In this document: positions 46,914 to 59,082 of the stretch, piece by piece
Layout: each line of letters begins with the position of its first letter
Numbering within the stretch: the stretch's first letter is position 1
DNA from: an uncultured delta proteobacterium
GTDB taxonomy: Bacteria > Myxococcota > Myxococcia > Myxococcales > Anaeromyxobacteraceae
Assembly: GCA_963828255.1 (NCBI GenBank)
Contig: CAWHDZ010000040.1
Span: forward strand, 160,001-224,000
DNA length: 64,000 bases
Direction: 5' to 3'
The notes under the pieces: generated by a model
The model's database searches: none
Seen by the model: only the letters and a program-made list of their open reading frames with translations
What the model was told of the DNA's origin: nothing
Program-made: the position numbers and the translations under genes

Positions 46914-47597
46914 ATGAGCGAACTCCGCCCGACCCCTCCATCGGCCGAGCCCAGCGCCGAACCAGAAGAGAAGGCGAGCCAGCTCGCCTTCGTGGCGCAC
47001 GAGATCCGCAACCCGCTCTCCACGGCGCTCTGGAGCGCGGAGTTGCTCGCCCGGATGACGCCCGAGGAGCGCGGGGGACCGCGCGGGGAGAAGCTTTCCC
47101 GCATGTCGCTCCGCGCCCTGACCCGGCTGCGGCGGCTCGTCGAGGACCACCTCCTCACTGCACGTCTCGACGTGGGCGGAATCCCGCTCGAGGTCGAGGA
47201 GATCCCGGCCCGCGAGATGTTCCCGGGGGCCACCGCCGTCGGGGCGGGCTCGCTCGAGCTGGAGCTGGAGTCGGGACTCTCCGTGGTGGCCGACCCCTCG
47301 CTCGCCCGCAGGGTCGTGGAGGGGGTGCTGCTCGCGGCGGCCCGTGGGGGCGCAGAGGTTCGCGTCACCGGCTCCCGCAAGGGAAGGGTGGCCCGCTTCC
47401 GCGTGGAGGGGGCTGCGGCCACCGAGGAACACCTCGCCGACCCCAGGAGAGGCGATCCGGGCGATACCCGCGGCGCGGCGCTGGCGATGCCCGTCGCGCG
47501 CCGGGCCTGCCTGCTGCTCGGCGGGGCCATCCGCGCCGAGGACGGGGTCTGGGTGCTGGAGTTGCCGGCCCCGGAGACCCCCCGTCGGCAGAGCTAG
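46914..47597 (+). CDS. Sensor-less HisKA protein with degenerate HATPase domain
   Basis: Intact H-box AHEIRNPL; N, G1 and G2 boxes eroded. Confidence 0.7.
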   Translation: MSELRPTPPSAEPSAEPEEKASQLAFVAHEIRNPLSTALWSAELLARMTPEERGGPRGEKLSRMSLRALTRLRRLVEDHLLTARLDVGGIPLEVEEIPAREMFPGATAVGAGSLELELESGLSVVADPSLARRVVEGVLLAAARGGAEVRVTGSRKGRVARFRVEGAAATEEHLADPRRGDPGDTRGAALAMPVARRACLLLGGAIRAEDGVWVLELPAPETPRRQS

Positions 47598-47603
47598 AGC
47601 TGC

Positions 47604-47632
47604 TTGACAGGGCCCGGGCCCTCCGCTACAAG
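47604..47632 (+). promoter_or_regulatory. Sigma70-type promoter of rplC
   Basis: TTGACA-17 nt-TACAAG. Confidence 0.6.
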
Positions 47633-47706
47633 TCCGCGCTCTCCAACCGTTTTCTGCAAGTCCTCCCCGGCCGGTCGTCGCGGGTCGGACCAATGCGAGG
47701 TCGAAC

Positions 47707-48417
47707 ATGGCTACTGGTCTCCTGGGTCGCAAGGTCGGCATGACCCACATCTTCACCGCCGACGGCGACAGCATCCCCGTCACCGTTCTCCAGATGGGCC
47801 CCTGCACCGTCATCCGCCGCAAGACCGCGGAGAAGGACGGCTACGACGCAGTCGTGCTGGGCTTCGTCGAGGTCGAGGAGAAGAAGGAGAAGCGGCTCAC
47901 CAAGGCGGAGGTGGGCGTCTTCAAGAAGGCCGGAACCGCGGTCTTCCGCCACCTCAAGGAAGTCCGCCCCCGCGACGCCAAGCTCCTCGGCGAGCTCAAG
48001 ACGGGCGACGTCCTCACGGTGGACCAGGTCTTCAAGCTCGACCAGCGGGTGGACGTCACCGGCGTGTCGAAGGGTCGCGGGTTCGCCGGCGTCTTCAAGC
48101 GCTGGGGGATGAAGGGCGCGGCCCGTGACTCCTCCACGGCCCACGAGCACCACAGGCACCCGGGCGCCATCGGGCAGCGCAAGACGCCCGGCAAGGTCTG
48201 GAAGGGCAAGCACCTGCCCGGCCACTACGGCGTGGACAACATCACCACCCAGAACCTGATCGTCGCCGGCATCGAGGCCGAGGGGAATCTCCTTCTCGTG
48301 AAGGGCGCCGTCCCCGGCCACGCCGACGGCCTGGTCTTCGTGGACACGGCATCCAAGGGGCAGCCCAGGGTCAAGAAGAAGCAGGAAGTCCGCGAGCGCG
48401 CCAAGCCGAAGGTGTGA
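47707..48417 (+). CDS. rplC: 50S ribosomal protein L3
   Basis: GLLGRKVGMT, IPVTVL, DGYDAV, VDVTGVSKGRGFAG, HRHPGAIG, GKHLPGHYG, LLVKGAVPG. Confidence 0.96.
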   Translation: MATGLLGRKVGMTHIFTADGDSIPVTVLQMGPCTVIRRKTAEKDGYDAVVLGFVEVEEKKEKRLTKAEVGVFKKAGTAVFRHLKEVRPRDAKLLGELKTGDVLTVDQVFKLDQRVDVTGVSKGRGFAGVFKRWGMKGAARDSSTAHEHHRHPGAIGQRKTPGKVWKGKHLPGHYGVDNITTQNLIVAGIEAEGNLLLVKGAVPGHADGLVFVDTASKGQPRVKKKQEVRERAKPKV

Positions 48418-48485
48418 CAGCGGCGGCTTCAGCCGCCGCAGGAGCCACTCACGGAACGGTTCCGAGGAACCGGACCCCGGAAAGC

Positions 48486-48520
48486 GAAAGGGCTGGCGAG
48501 CGATCGCCAGCCCTTCTTTG
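48486..48520. terminator. Intrinsic terminator, probably bidirectional, between convergent rplC and typA
   Basis: AAGGGCTGGCGA-gcga-TCGCCAGCCCTT hairpin, T-rich 3' flank and A-rich 5' flank. Confidence 0.8.
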
Positions 48521-48547
48521 CATCTCGTTCCCGGTGTTCGGGACGAT

Positions 48548-50422
<1,875 letters not shown>

Positions 50423-50510
50423 GGGAGGGGGAGGAGGCGGGCGGGTTCATATACGCGCTGCGTCGAACCGGCAAGGGGAAAGCACCCCTGGACCACAACC
50501 GGAGGTCGGG

Positions 50511-50900
50511 ATGGAGCAGGTGCAGGGGTTGAACCACGTCGCGCTCCGCTGCTCGGACCTGGGGCGCCTCGAGGCGTTCTACAGGGACGTGCTGGGGCTC
50601 GCGGTGCTCCGGCGCTGGCCGGCGGAGGGGGGGCTCGACCGCAGCGTCTGGCTCTCCACGGGGCAGGGCTTCCTGGCGCTGGAGCGCGCATCCAGGCCGG
50701 CCGAGGAGGAGCCGTTCGAGGACACCCCGGCGGGGTGGCAGGTCGTCGCGCTCACCATCGGGAAGGCCGACCGGGGTGCGTGGGAGGGGAGGCTCCTCGC
50801 GGCCCGGGTGCGCCTGGCCCGCCGCACCCCGTTCTCCCTCTTCTTCCGGGACCCGGAGGGCAACCGGGTGGCCCTGACCCACTGGCCGGAGGAGGCGTGA
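50511..50900 (+). CDS. VOC/glyoxalase family protein
   Basis: [34 protein letters not shown]. Confidence 0.85.
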   Translation: MEQVQGLNHVALRCSDLGRLEAFYRDVLGLAVLRRWPAEGGLDRSVWLSTGQGFLALERASRPAEEEPFEDTPAGWQVVALTIGKADRGAWEGRLLAARVRLARRTPFSLFFRDPEGNRVALTHWPEEA

Positions 50901-51607
50901 CCTTCGAGCGGCGGCGCTTCGGGAAGGACAACTACCTCTACCTGCTCGCCGAGGGGGGAGACGCGGCGCTGGTGGACCCGGGCGACCCGGAGACGGCGCT
51001 CGATCTGGTCCGGCGGAGCGGAGTTCACCCACGGTGGATCGTTCACACCCACGGGCACGCCGACCACTCCGGGGGGAGCGCCCGCCTGCGGGAGGAGCTG
51101 GGAGCCGAGGTGATCGGTCACGGCGCCGACGCGGGGTGGTTCCGCCCCGACCGCGACCTCGCCGGAGCGGAGTTCCTCGAGATGGGGGCGCTTCGCCTGC
51201 GGATCCATGCGGCCCCCGGGCACACGCCGGGGTCGGTGCTGCTGGAGTGGAGGGGGAGGCTCCTCACCGGGGACACGCTCTTCTGGTCCGGGTGCGGAAA
51301 CTGCCGGCACGGAGGTGACCCGGCCCGGCTCGCAGCCACCTTCCGGACGGTCTTCCCGGGGCTCGACCCGCGCCTCGAGGTCCATCCCGGCCACGACTAC
51401 GCCGAGCCGAACCTCGCCTTCCTGCTCGGCGTCGAGCCGGGCAACCAGGCCGCGGCGGGGCGGCTGTCGGCGGTGCGGGCGGCGCGAGCGGCTGGTGTGG
51501 AGCCGGAGGCGACCGAGCTCGGGGAGGAGACGCTCGTGAACCCCTTCCTGCGTGCCGGCGGCGACGGGCCCTTCGTCGACCTGCGCGGTCGGCGCGATCG
51601 CGCTTGA
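50897..51607 (+). CDS. gloB: Hydroxyacylglutathione hydrolase-like metallo-beta-lactamase
   Basis: [38 protein letters not shown]. Confidence 0.85.
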   Translation: MTFERRRFGKDNYLYLLAEGGDAALVDPGDPETALDLVRRSGVHPRWIVHTHGHADHSGGSARLREELGAEVIGHGADAGWFRPDRDLAGAEFLEMGALRLRIHAAPGHTPGSVLLEWRGRLLTGDTLFWSGCGNCRHGGDPARLAATFRTVFPGLDPRLEVHPGHDYAEPNLAFLLGVEPGNQAAAGRLSAVRAARAAGVEPEATELGEETLVNPFLRAGGDGPFVDLRGRRDRA

Positions 51608-51655
51608 TGCGGAGCCTCCACCGGGCCTGCTAGGATCTCCCCGGAGGCCAGGGCG

Positions 51656-52237
51656 GTGCACGGATCCTTCAACGTCCCGAACGTGCTGACGTCGGTGAGG
51701 ATCGTCCTCGCGCCGGCCTTCCTCTGGCTGTACCTCGCGGGGGACGAGGACGGTGCGCTCATCGCCTTCGCGGTGGCCGCCGCCACCGACGCGCTCGACG
51801 GTCTGGCCGCCCGCCTGCTCCGCCAGCAGACCGTGCTGGGCGCCTTCCTCGACGCGGCCGCCGACAAGCTCCTGGTGGCCTGCGCCCTCATCGCACTGTC
51901 GGTGAAGGGGCAGGTGCCCTGGTGGCTGACCGGGGTGGTGGTGGGGCGCGACGTCCTGCTGGCGGCCGGGTCGCTCTTCCTGTCGCTGCGCCACGCGCCG
52001 GTGCCGGTCCGGCCCACGCGCATCGGCAAGTACGCCACCGCGCTGGTGTTCCTGATCGTGGTGGTGGTGCTCGCCTCCAACTACCACGACACCCCGCCGG
52101 CGCGGAGCGCCCCCTGGGTGGTCGCGCTGGGATTCCTGGCGGTCGCGCTGGTGGCCGGCAGCGCCATCCAGTACGCCTCGTCGTTCTCCGCCAGCGTGCG
52201 CCTGGGGCGGCGAGCCCACGACGCCGCCGGACGTTGA
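51656..52237 (+). CDS. CDP-alcohol phosphatidyltransferase (PgsA-like)
   Basis: NVPNVLTSVR, TDALDGLAAR...LGAFLDAAADK. Confidence 0.9.
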   Translation: MHGSFNVPNVLTSVRIVLAPAFLWLYLAGDEDGALIAFAVAAATDALDGLAARLLRQQTVLGAFLDAAADKLLVACALIALSVKGQVPWWLTGVVVGRDVLLAAGSLFLSLRHAPVPVRPTRIGKYATALVFLIVVVVLASNYHDTPPARSAPWVVALGFLAVALVAGSAIQYASSFSASVRLGRRAHDAAGR

Positions 52238-52262
52238 CACCCTCGCCCCCAGCGGGTAGAAA
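52234..52262 (+). promoter_or_regulatory. Sigma70-type promoter of tRNA-Val
   Basis: TTGACA-17 nt-TAGAAA. Confidence 0.55.
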
Positions 52263-52284
52263 CGGCCGTCTTCACGAGAGTTCC

Positions 52285-52360
<76 letters not shown>

Positions 52361-52375
52361 ATAGTGGAAAGACTT

Positions 52376-52409
52376 AGGGCGCTTGGGTGGTTTTCCTGGC
52401 GCCCTTTTT
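52376..52409 (+). terminator. Element-supplied terminator behind the tRNA
   Basis: AGGGCGC...GCGCCCT followed by a T run. Confidence 0.6.
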
Positions 52410-53412
52410 CTTACCTTCCGGCGGTTACCGGCGCGGATAAACCCTCCAGGGAAGCCGTGTCCGGCACCCGAGGGGATGAGGGTCCGCCCGTGTTGGCGAA
52501 CCCTCGTCCCTTCCCCGGGCGCCCGATGCACCGGCAGCGTTGCCGGTGCCTCACTCGGGCCACCTCAGGAACGCGGCAACGGTCTCCTTGGTGTAGGGAT
52601 GCTCGGGGCCCGGGCCCTCTGCATGTCCCGGCGCATCTGTGCCGCGGCTCACTTGACCGTGGGTGATCCGGCCCGGGCCGGGGGATGTGGAGGCCGCGGC
52701 ACCGCACATCGCCCGTCCGAGGTGTAGGGCTTGCCGGACGACCTTGCGTCGCGCGACGCGAGCTAACCGAAGCCTCACGGCTCGGAACGGCGGGGTTGGG
52801 GCACGCCCGGGGGAGGGACCCCAAGGCGCAGCCCACACCACGCACCGGCAGGAGGAGTCCACCGGCCCGGCGGCCACGGGGTCCACCCCCCGAGGCCGCC
52901 GACTTCAGCACGCGCCGAGGGGTCGAGTCCGGTCGCCGAACTGCCTCAAGCCGATTCCAGAGGGCGAGCCAGGGAACTGAAGCGAAGCGGGCGGCCCGGT
53001 CGCGAGGCCCGCCCACCCACGCCGCTCAGTCCACCGGGACCATCGTCTGATTCACGGGGACCATCGGGTACGTTCCTGTAATCGCTAGCGATCCCGCCGA
53101 CGTCCACCGCCCGCCGGTGGGGCGAGGTGACGCCCGAGGTGACGGCAGGAACAGCCGGAAACGGCCCGTCCTTGCGTCGGGAGGGGCCGTGGGGTGTCAG
53201 GGGATGGGAGCCACCGGCGGTGGGCTCCTACGGGCGCCTAGCGCGTCTGCATGACCCCGACCCGGCGGCCCGGCCCACCTAGCGTGAAGGTCCGCCGCCA
53301 CGGGACGGTGTCCGCAGGGTCCGCATCATGCGGAGGCAGGGGCCTTCGGCCGCGCCCCGGCCACCGGCGCAGTCTTCGCTGGTTTGGATCCGCCCCGGTA
53401 TGATGCCGCCCA

Positions 53413-56400
53413 ATGAAGGTCGAGGAGTTCATCTCCAAGTGGTCAGGATCGAGCGGGTCGGAGCGGGCTAACTGCCAGCCCTTCCTGCTCGACTTCTGTG
53501 ACACCCTCGGTGTGGAGAAACCCTCACCGGCGACGGGCGACAAGTTCGCCTTCGAGAAGAAGGCAGTCCTCAAGAAGGAGAAGGGCGCGACTGTCGGGCG
53601 CATCGACCTCTACAAGGAGGGGTGCTTCATCCTAGAGGCGAAGCAGGCCGGTGGTGCCGACTCGAAGAAGGTCGGGCTAGTGAAGCGTGGGACCTCGCAA
53701 TGGGCAATCACGATGCGGGATGCCTTCGGGCAGGCGGTTCAGTACGCCGACACCGTTGACGAACCGCCGCCGTTCATCCTCACGACGGACATTGGCTACT
53801 GCTTCGATCTCTACTCGTCCTTCGACGGAATGGGGCTGTATCGAGCCTTCCCCAACGCTCAGAAGAACCGGGTCTTCCTGAAAGACCTCCCGGACCACGT
53901 AGACACCTTCCGGGCAATCTTCACCGACCCTTTGGTCCTCGACCCTTCCACGAAGGCGACGAAGGTAACCCGGGAAGTGGCGGCGCATCTCGCCGAGTTA
54001 GCCCGCTCCCTGGAAGAGGCAAAGCACCCACCGGAGCGTGTGGCGAAGTTCCTCATGCGGTGCATCTTCACGATGTTCGCAGAGGACGTCGGGATGCTGC
54101 CCGAAAAGCTCTTCACCACGTTGCTAGAGCAGCAATGGCTAGTGAAGCCTTCCGCCTTTCCCAAAGGCGTCCAGACTCTTTGGAAGGCGATGAACGATGG
54201 GTCCGACTTCATCACGGGCAAGTTGCTTCGATTCAACGGTGGCCTATTCAAGGACCCCGATGCGCTTCCCCTGAAAGCGGAGCAGTTGCTCCTGTTACAG
54301 GAGGCCGCCTCCTGCGATTGGTCCGAGGTCGAGCCCGCCATCTTCGGGACACTCTTGGAGCGAGCCCTCGATCCCCGGGAACGCCACCGGCTGGGGGCTC
54401 ACTTCACGCCCCGCGCCTACGTCGAGCGGCTAGTCCGACCCACCATCGAGGAGCCGCTCCGGGCTGATTGGGACCTAGTCCGCGCCGAGGTTCGCCAGTT
54501 GGTGGCCGCCGGAAGGAACGCCCCTGCAAAGAAGGCGGTGCTCGCCTTCTACGACAAGCTCTGCCACGTGCGCGTGCTCGACCCAGCCTGCGGCACCGGC
54601 AACTTCCTGTACGTCACGCTCGACATCTTCAAACGCCTGGAGGCCGAGGTCGTCGGCCTCCTGTCCGAGTTGGAGGAGGCGCAGGTCCGAGGCGAAACCG
54701 TTGGCTACGGTGTCACGCCCCGGCAGTTCCTAGGCATCGAGGTCAAACCCTGGGCCAAGGAGATCGCCGAACTGGTCTTGTGGATCGGCTATCTGCAATG
54801 GCACTTCCGCACCCGGGGCAGGGTCGCTCCACCGGAGCCCGTGTTGCAGGACTTCGGAAACATTGAGTGCCGCGATGCGGTACTGGCATGGGACCGTGAG
54901 GAAATCCTGAGGGACGCGAAGGGGCGAGTCGTGACCCGGTGGGATGGAGTCACGACGAAGAAGTCACCCGTAACCGGCGAGGAGATCCCGGACGAGTCCG
55001 CCACTATCCCGATCAAGATCTTCGAGAATGCTCGACAGGCGGAGTGGCCTCAAGCGGACTTCATCGTTGGGAATCCACCCTTCTCGGGAACGAAGAAGAT
55101 GCGTGCCACCCTTGGGGATGGCTACGTAGACGCCCTCCGCGAGGTCTACTCAAAGGGCGTCGAGGATAATGCGGATTACGTTCTCTATTGGTGGCACAAA
55201 GCTGCCACGTTGGTTGAGCGCAACGCGGTCCGACGATTCGGCTTGATCACCACCAACAGCATCACCCAGACATTCAATCGGCGAGTGCTCGCCGAGCATC
55301 TAGCCAACGGCACACGAATCGCGTGGGCAATTCCTAACCACCCTTGGGAAGTGGGCGATGAAGCGGGTGCCGCCGTGCGCATTGCGATGACCGTGGGAGC
55401 GCACGACGAGGGTCTCTGCATCTTGGAGAAGATCGTTCGGGAAGAGCCTTCAAAGGAACCAGGCGAGCCGTCCACGCTTGAGTTCAGCGTGACTGTGGCT
55501 CCGGCAATCCATGAGGACTTGAGCGTAGGGGCCGACAAAGCCGGTGCTTTACCCCTGCAATCAAACCTTGGATTCACCGGGTTTGGTGTGGCTCTTCATG
55601 GAGCGGGGTTTATCCTCGACGCCCAACAGCCGACTCCATGAGAAAGGGTGGCGAGCCCGGAACGATTCGACGCTACCTTGGTGGGAGGGACCTTCAAAGG
55701 GTTCCGAGAGAGTTGTACGTGATCGACTTCTTCGGGAAGACGGAGGCGCAGGCACGCACGGCGAACCCAAAGGCGTTTCAGCACGCCTCGACTACGTGTA
55801 CCCGGAGCGAAAGCACAACCGCCGAGACAGTATTCGGAAGCTTTGGTGGCGGTTTGGCTGGGAACGGCCAGAACTGCGAAAAGTGTTGAAGGGTCTTCCG
55901 AGATACATCGCAACCACCGAGACGGCGACCCACCGCGTCTTCCAGTTCTTCCGGCGGAAGTGCTCCCCGACCACATGATTGTGGTTATCGGGTCTGCCGA
56001 TGCCTACGTCCTTGGAGTTCTGTCGTCCGCATTCACTAACTTGGGCTTTAGCGGCGGGAGACTCGGGGTGGGCAATGACCCGCGCTACAACAAGTCTCGG
56101 TGCTTCGACCGTTTCCGTTCCCGGTACATTCGCCAAAGTACAGGCCAGTATCGAGGCATTGGGGGAGGCCATCGACACGCACCGCAAGGCGCGGCAGAAG
56201 GAGTTCCCCACCTCACCATCACCAACATCTACAACGTGCTGGAGAAGGTCGCGGCGGTGAGACTCTCTCGGCAAAGGACAAGGTCATCACGACAGGCTAG
56301 CTCGATTCTGAAGCAACTCCACGACGACTCGACGCGGCGCCTTCGATGCCTACGGATGGCCGCACAATCTGAGACGAGCAAATCCTAGAGGGCTTGTAGC

Positions 56401-56670
56401 CTCAATGCCGAGCGGGCGAAGGAAGAGGCGCGGGGGCTCGTCGGTGGCTGCGCCCGCCTACCAGAACCGAGCGGCGTGAAGGTTGCCGAGGTCAGGGCAC
56501 GCTCGACGTTGGCGTCAGGCCGCGCTGAGGCGGCACCGGGGGCGAGGCGTGGCAAGAAGCACCGGACCGTGTCGCGCGTTCGTCGGCTCATGGCGAAGGG
56601 CGGCTCTTGGACCGCTCCGAGATGGCTGAAACTTAAGGGAGCGAAGCTCGCGACGTCGTGGAGGTGCTAG
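53413..56670 (+). pseudogene. MmeI-like type IIL restriction-modification enzyme; intact to 55641, then multiply frameshifted (possibly sequence error)
   Basis: PD-(D/E)xK motif RIDLY...ILEAKQ, FNGGLF, IFGTLLE, GAHFTP, VLDPACGTGNFL (motif I), IVGNPPF (motif IV); C-terminal pieces scattered over three frames (WWRFG..RPELR, YIATTETATHRVF, GVLSS, GVGNDPRYNKSRCF, PFPFP, IYNVLEK, LNAERAKEEARG). End approximate. Confidence 0.85.
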
Positions 56671-56929
56671 CTAGCTCGGAGCCTCGGGCTCGATCGTACG
56701 AAGCCGAAGGCGTGCGGCGGTGGCGTCTGCGGGCGGCAGGCTGCGTGACCATCGGGGCCGCAAGCCACCGCGGGTAGCGGGCGCTACGGCTAATAGGGTC
56801 GTTATCATTTCGGCGGAGGGGAGAAGCTGTAGAGAGCGCGGTAGGACGCGGGGCGGAGAACGGAGAAGGCGGGTCGGGCGGGCGCGGAGGAGAGGAGACA
56901 CGCCGACGGGAGTGTGTGGAGAGTTGTGA

Positions 56930-57669
56930 AGAAATTCACAATGAAACTGATGTTGTTAAATTGGTTCGGAAATAAGCAAGATCGAGTTGATAAGGAAAAG
57001 CGTTAAAAGGATGGTAGTACACAAATGTGCTTTTGTTGTGTGATGAAGGAGGAAATGCGAAACAGTAGAGTGTTGTTTGTGGAGGAATTTGTTGGGGAAA
57101 AAAAAAGAATGCAGAACTGAGAGAGCGTGGTGTTTGATGAAGTGCCGATGATTATAAAGTACACGAAATGAGTAGGAAAGTAGTGAGAAGAAAAATAAAA
57201 ATGATAGTAGTATGTAGAATGATAAAATGAGTAGATGGATAACGTGAAGGAGATGTCGGAATTAGGTGAGGGTATTGGTTTGGTAAAGGAGACTGTTGAG
57301 TAGAATGGCAATTTTGAGATTTGTATAATGTTGGTAAAAAGTGAAGGTAAAGTAAAATCGATTGTTGTAATGAGAAGGTTTTGTGTAAGATATGATGAAT
57401 TGTTAATAAATTGGATGAAATAGTGATGCAATTGAGGGAATTAAGATATGAAGGGATGGGATGGAGTGTAAATTTGGAAGTTATAAAGCAATAAAGAAAA
57501 GAGAAAAAAGAAAAAAAAATATAATAAAAAAGTAAAAAAAAAAATAAAAATTTAAAAAATAAAAATATAAATATATAAAAAAAAAAATTTAAAAATATAA
57601 TATAAAATAATATAAATAAAAAATAAAATATTAAAATAAAATATAAATAAAAAAATAAAATAATAATAT
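56930..57669. other. Low-complexity purine-rich, then A/T-only stretch; probable sequencing or assembly artefact
   Basis: C-poor and finally almost pure A/T in a high-GC genome; both flanking genes decay toward it. Confidence 0.75.
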
Positions 57670-57699
57670 GCGCCCCGCAGGCGGCGACCGCTGTGAAGA

Positions 57700-58545
57700 G
57701 AGAGGTGCTTCTCGCGACCGACGCACGATGCGTAAGTCGATCCTCGAGACAGCGGGATCGACGCGACCACGATGCGTCAAGGTCAGGCGCTGCTGACACG
57801 CGAGTCGCGTCAATGACGTCTCGCGCACAACGCGCCGGCATGTCCAACAGGACCTCGCCTCAACTCAGCCGCGAGACGAGTCCGCACATCGCTGGTAGAA
57901 GTCGGCCACGATGCCGGGCGAGGTTGGCTACGTTGTCCGCGTCTACCGCGCGTCGTGATCGTCGTGGCGCTGCCATGAAGTCGCGAGTAGCTTGATAGGG
58001 CGCGGGTCGTCGCTGCACGACGCGAGGGTGCGCGCCGATGCGGAGTGTCAGTTGCAGGTTCGCCCACACCATCTCGGCGTCCGGCCAGGAGGCGACCTCG
58101 TCGGCGACGGCGTGCGAGTGCGACGGGCCGCGAAGTTGATCCGCTTCCTCGGCGCTGTACGTCGTCGCCATCGCGCCGATTTGAAGAGGACGCGCCGCAC
58201 CGAGGCAGGTAGGTCGGTCGTTCCTCTCGGGATGCACCGCCAGGACGCCCGCCGGGCCTTCGACGAGGACGTCGCGGCAATCGGCGGCGGTCGGCCAACG
58301 ATGGCGATTCGCGCAGCAGGATCGCGCGCCCACGCGCGCACCGTTTCCGAAGGACGCGAGTCTTTCCCACCGCGTCCGGTCACCAGCAACCACGTCCGCC
58401 AGTCGCCGGGCGGGGCGCTGGACAGGCCTCGCCCACGTCGGCCAGTCGTACAGGAGGGCGACCATCTCGTCGGGCGACAGGGAGGCGAGGAATGCGGCCC
58501 GGGCAGCGTCCGGGAGGGTCGCAGAAGGTCGCGGAGGTTCCCTGC
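57700..58545 (-). pseudogene. Terminase large subunit ATPase domain (GTA-type/Terminase_6-like), frameshifted and truncated
   Basis: Across frames: LLYDWPTWARPVQ, PPGDWRTWLLVTGRGGK (Walker A region), RDVLVEGPAGVL, YSAEEADQLRGPSHSHAVADEVASW (Walker B), LQLTLRIGAHPRVV. Boundaries approximate. Confidence 0.75.
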
Positions 58546-58559
58546 GAGGTTTCCCTGCG

Positions 58560-59060
58560 TCAAGGGTCGCCCCCCACGTCAGCGGGAATGGCCTGCGGCG
58601 CTGCGCGTTCGTCGGATGGTGCCCTACCTGCGGCAGGTAGTGCCCGGGTCTCGTGAGGCGCGTCCGCCGCGCACGCGCCCAACTCATGCACCGACTCGCG
58701 CGCCGCCACGAGTCCCGCCACCCGCTGCGCGAGGACCGTGCGCATGGCGTCCACGTCGACCGTGTGGGCGACTTCGAGGCGGTCGGGTTCCCAGCTACGC
58801 GGCCCGACGCCTGCGCGGTCCATGATGGCCGTGGCGGCTGCCACGCGCACGCGCTCGTCCTCGGAGTCCAACAGGTCGGCGAGGCGGAGGATGGCGGTGG
58901 GGACGTGGGCCAGGGCGAGGCGGCGGCACTCGGCGACGGCGGCGGGGATCTCGCGCGGCAAGCCGGTCGGGTTGCCCGACTGCCCCGGCCGCCAGGGTCG
59001 CCCCGGGCCTCGGCGGCGGTCGGTGGCTGGTTCGCTGGTTGCACTCATGCCCTTCACCAT
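58560..59060 (-). CDS. Putative terminase small subunit (DUF5681-like)
   Basis: RPWRPGQSGNPTGLP motif and VRVAAATAIMDRAG; lies immediately upstream of terL. Confidence 0.65.
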   Translation of the reverse strand: MVKGMSATSEPATDRRRGPGRPWRPGQSGNPTGLPREIPAAVAECRRLALAHVPTAILRLADLLDSEDERVRVAAATAIMDRAGVGPRSWEPDRLEVAHTVDVDAMRTVLAQRVAGLVAARESVHELGACAADAPHETRALPAAGRAPSDERAAPQAIPADVGGDP

Positions 59061-59082
59061 CGCACCGTAGGTGAAAGGCGTC

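Noticed and set aside
52551..52886. 111-aa minus-strand ORF ending HPYTKETVAAFLRWPE
   Set aside because: Only the last ~20 aa look protein-like; no clear RBS or family motif. It may be a remnant but cannot be supported.
55620..55660. Programmed frameshift or phase variation in the R-M gene
   Set aside because: No slippery or repeat tract at the break, and many further indels follow, which fits sequence error or decay better.
57003..57847. F/I/L/Y-rich 'membrane protein' ORFs on the minus strand
   Set aside because: Translations of the low-complexity A/T tract; no credible gene signal.
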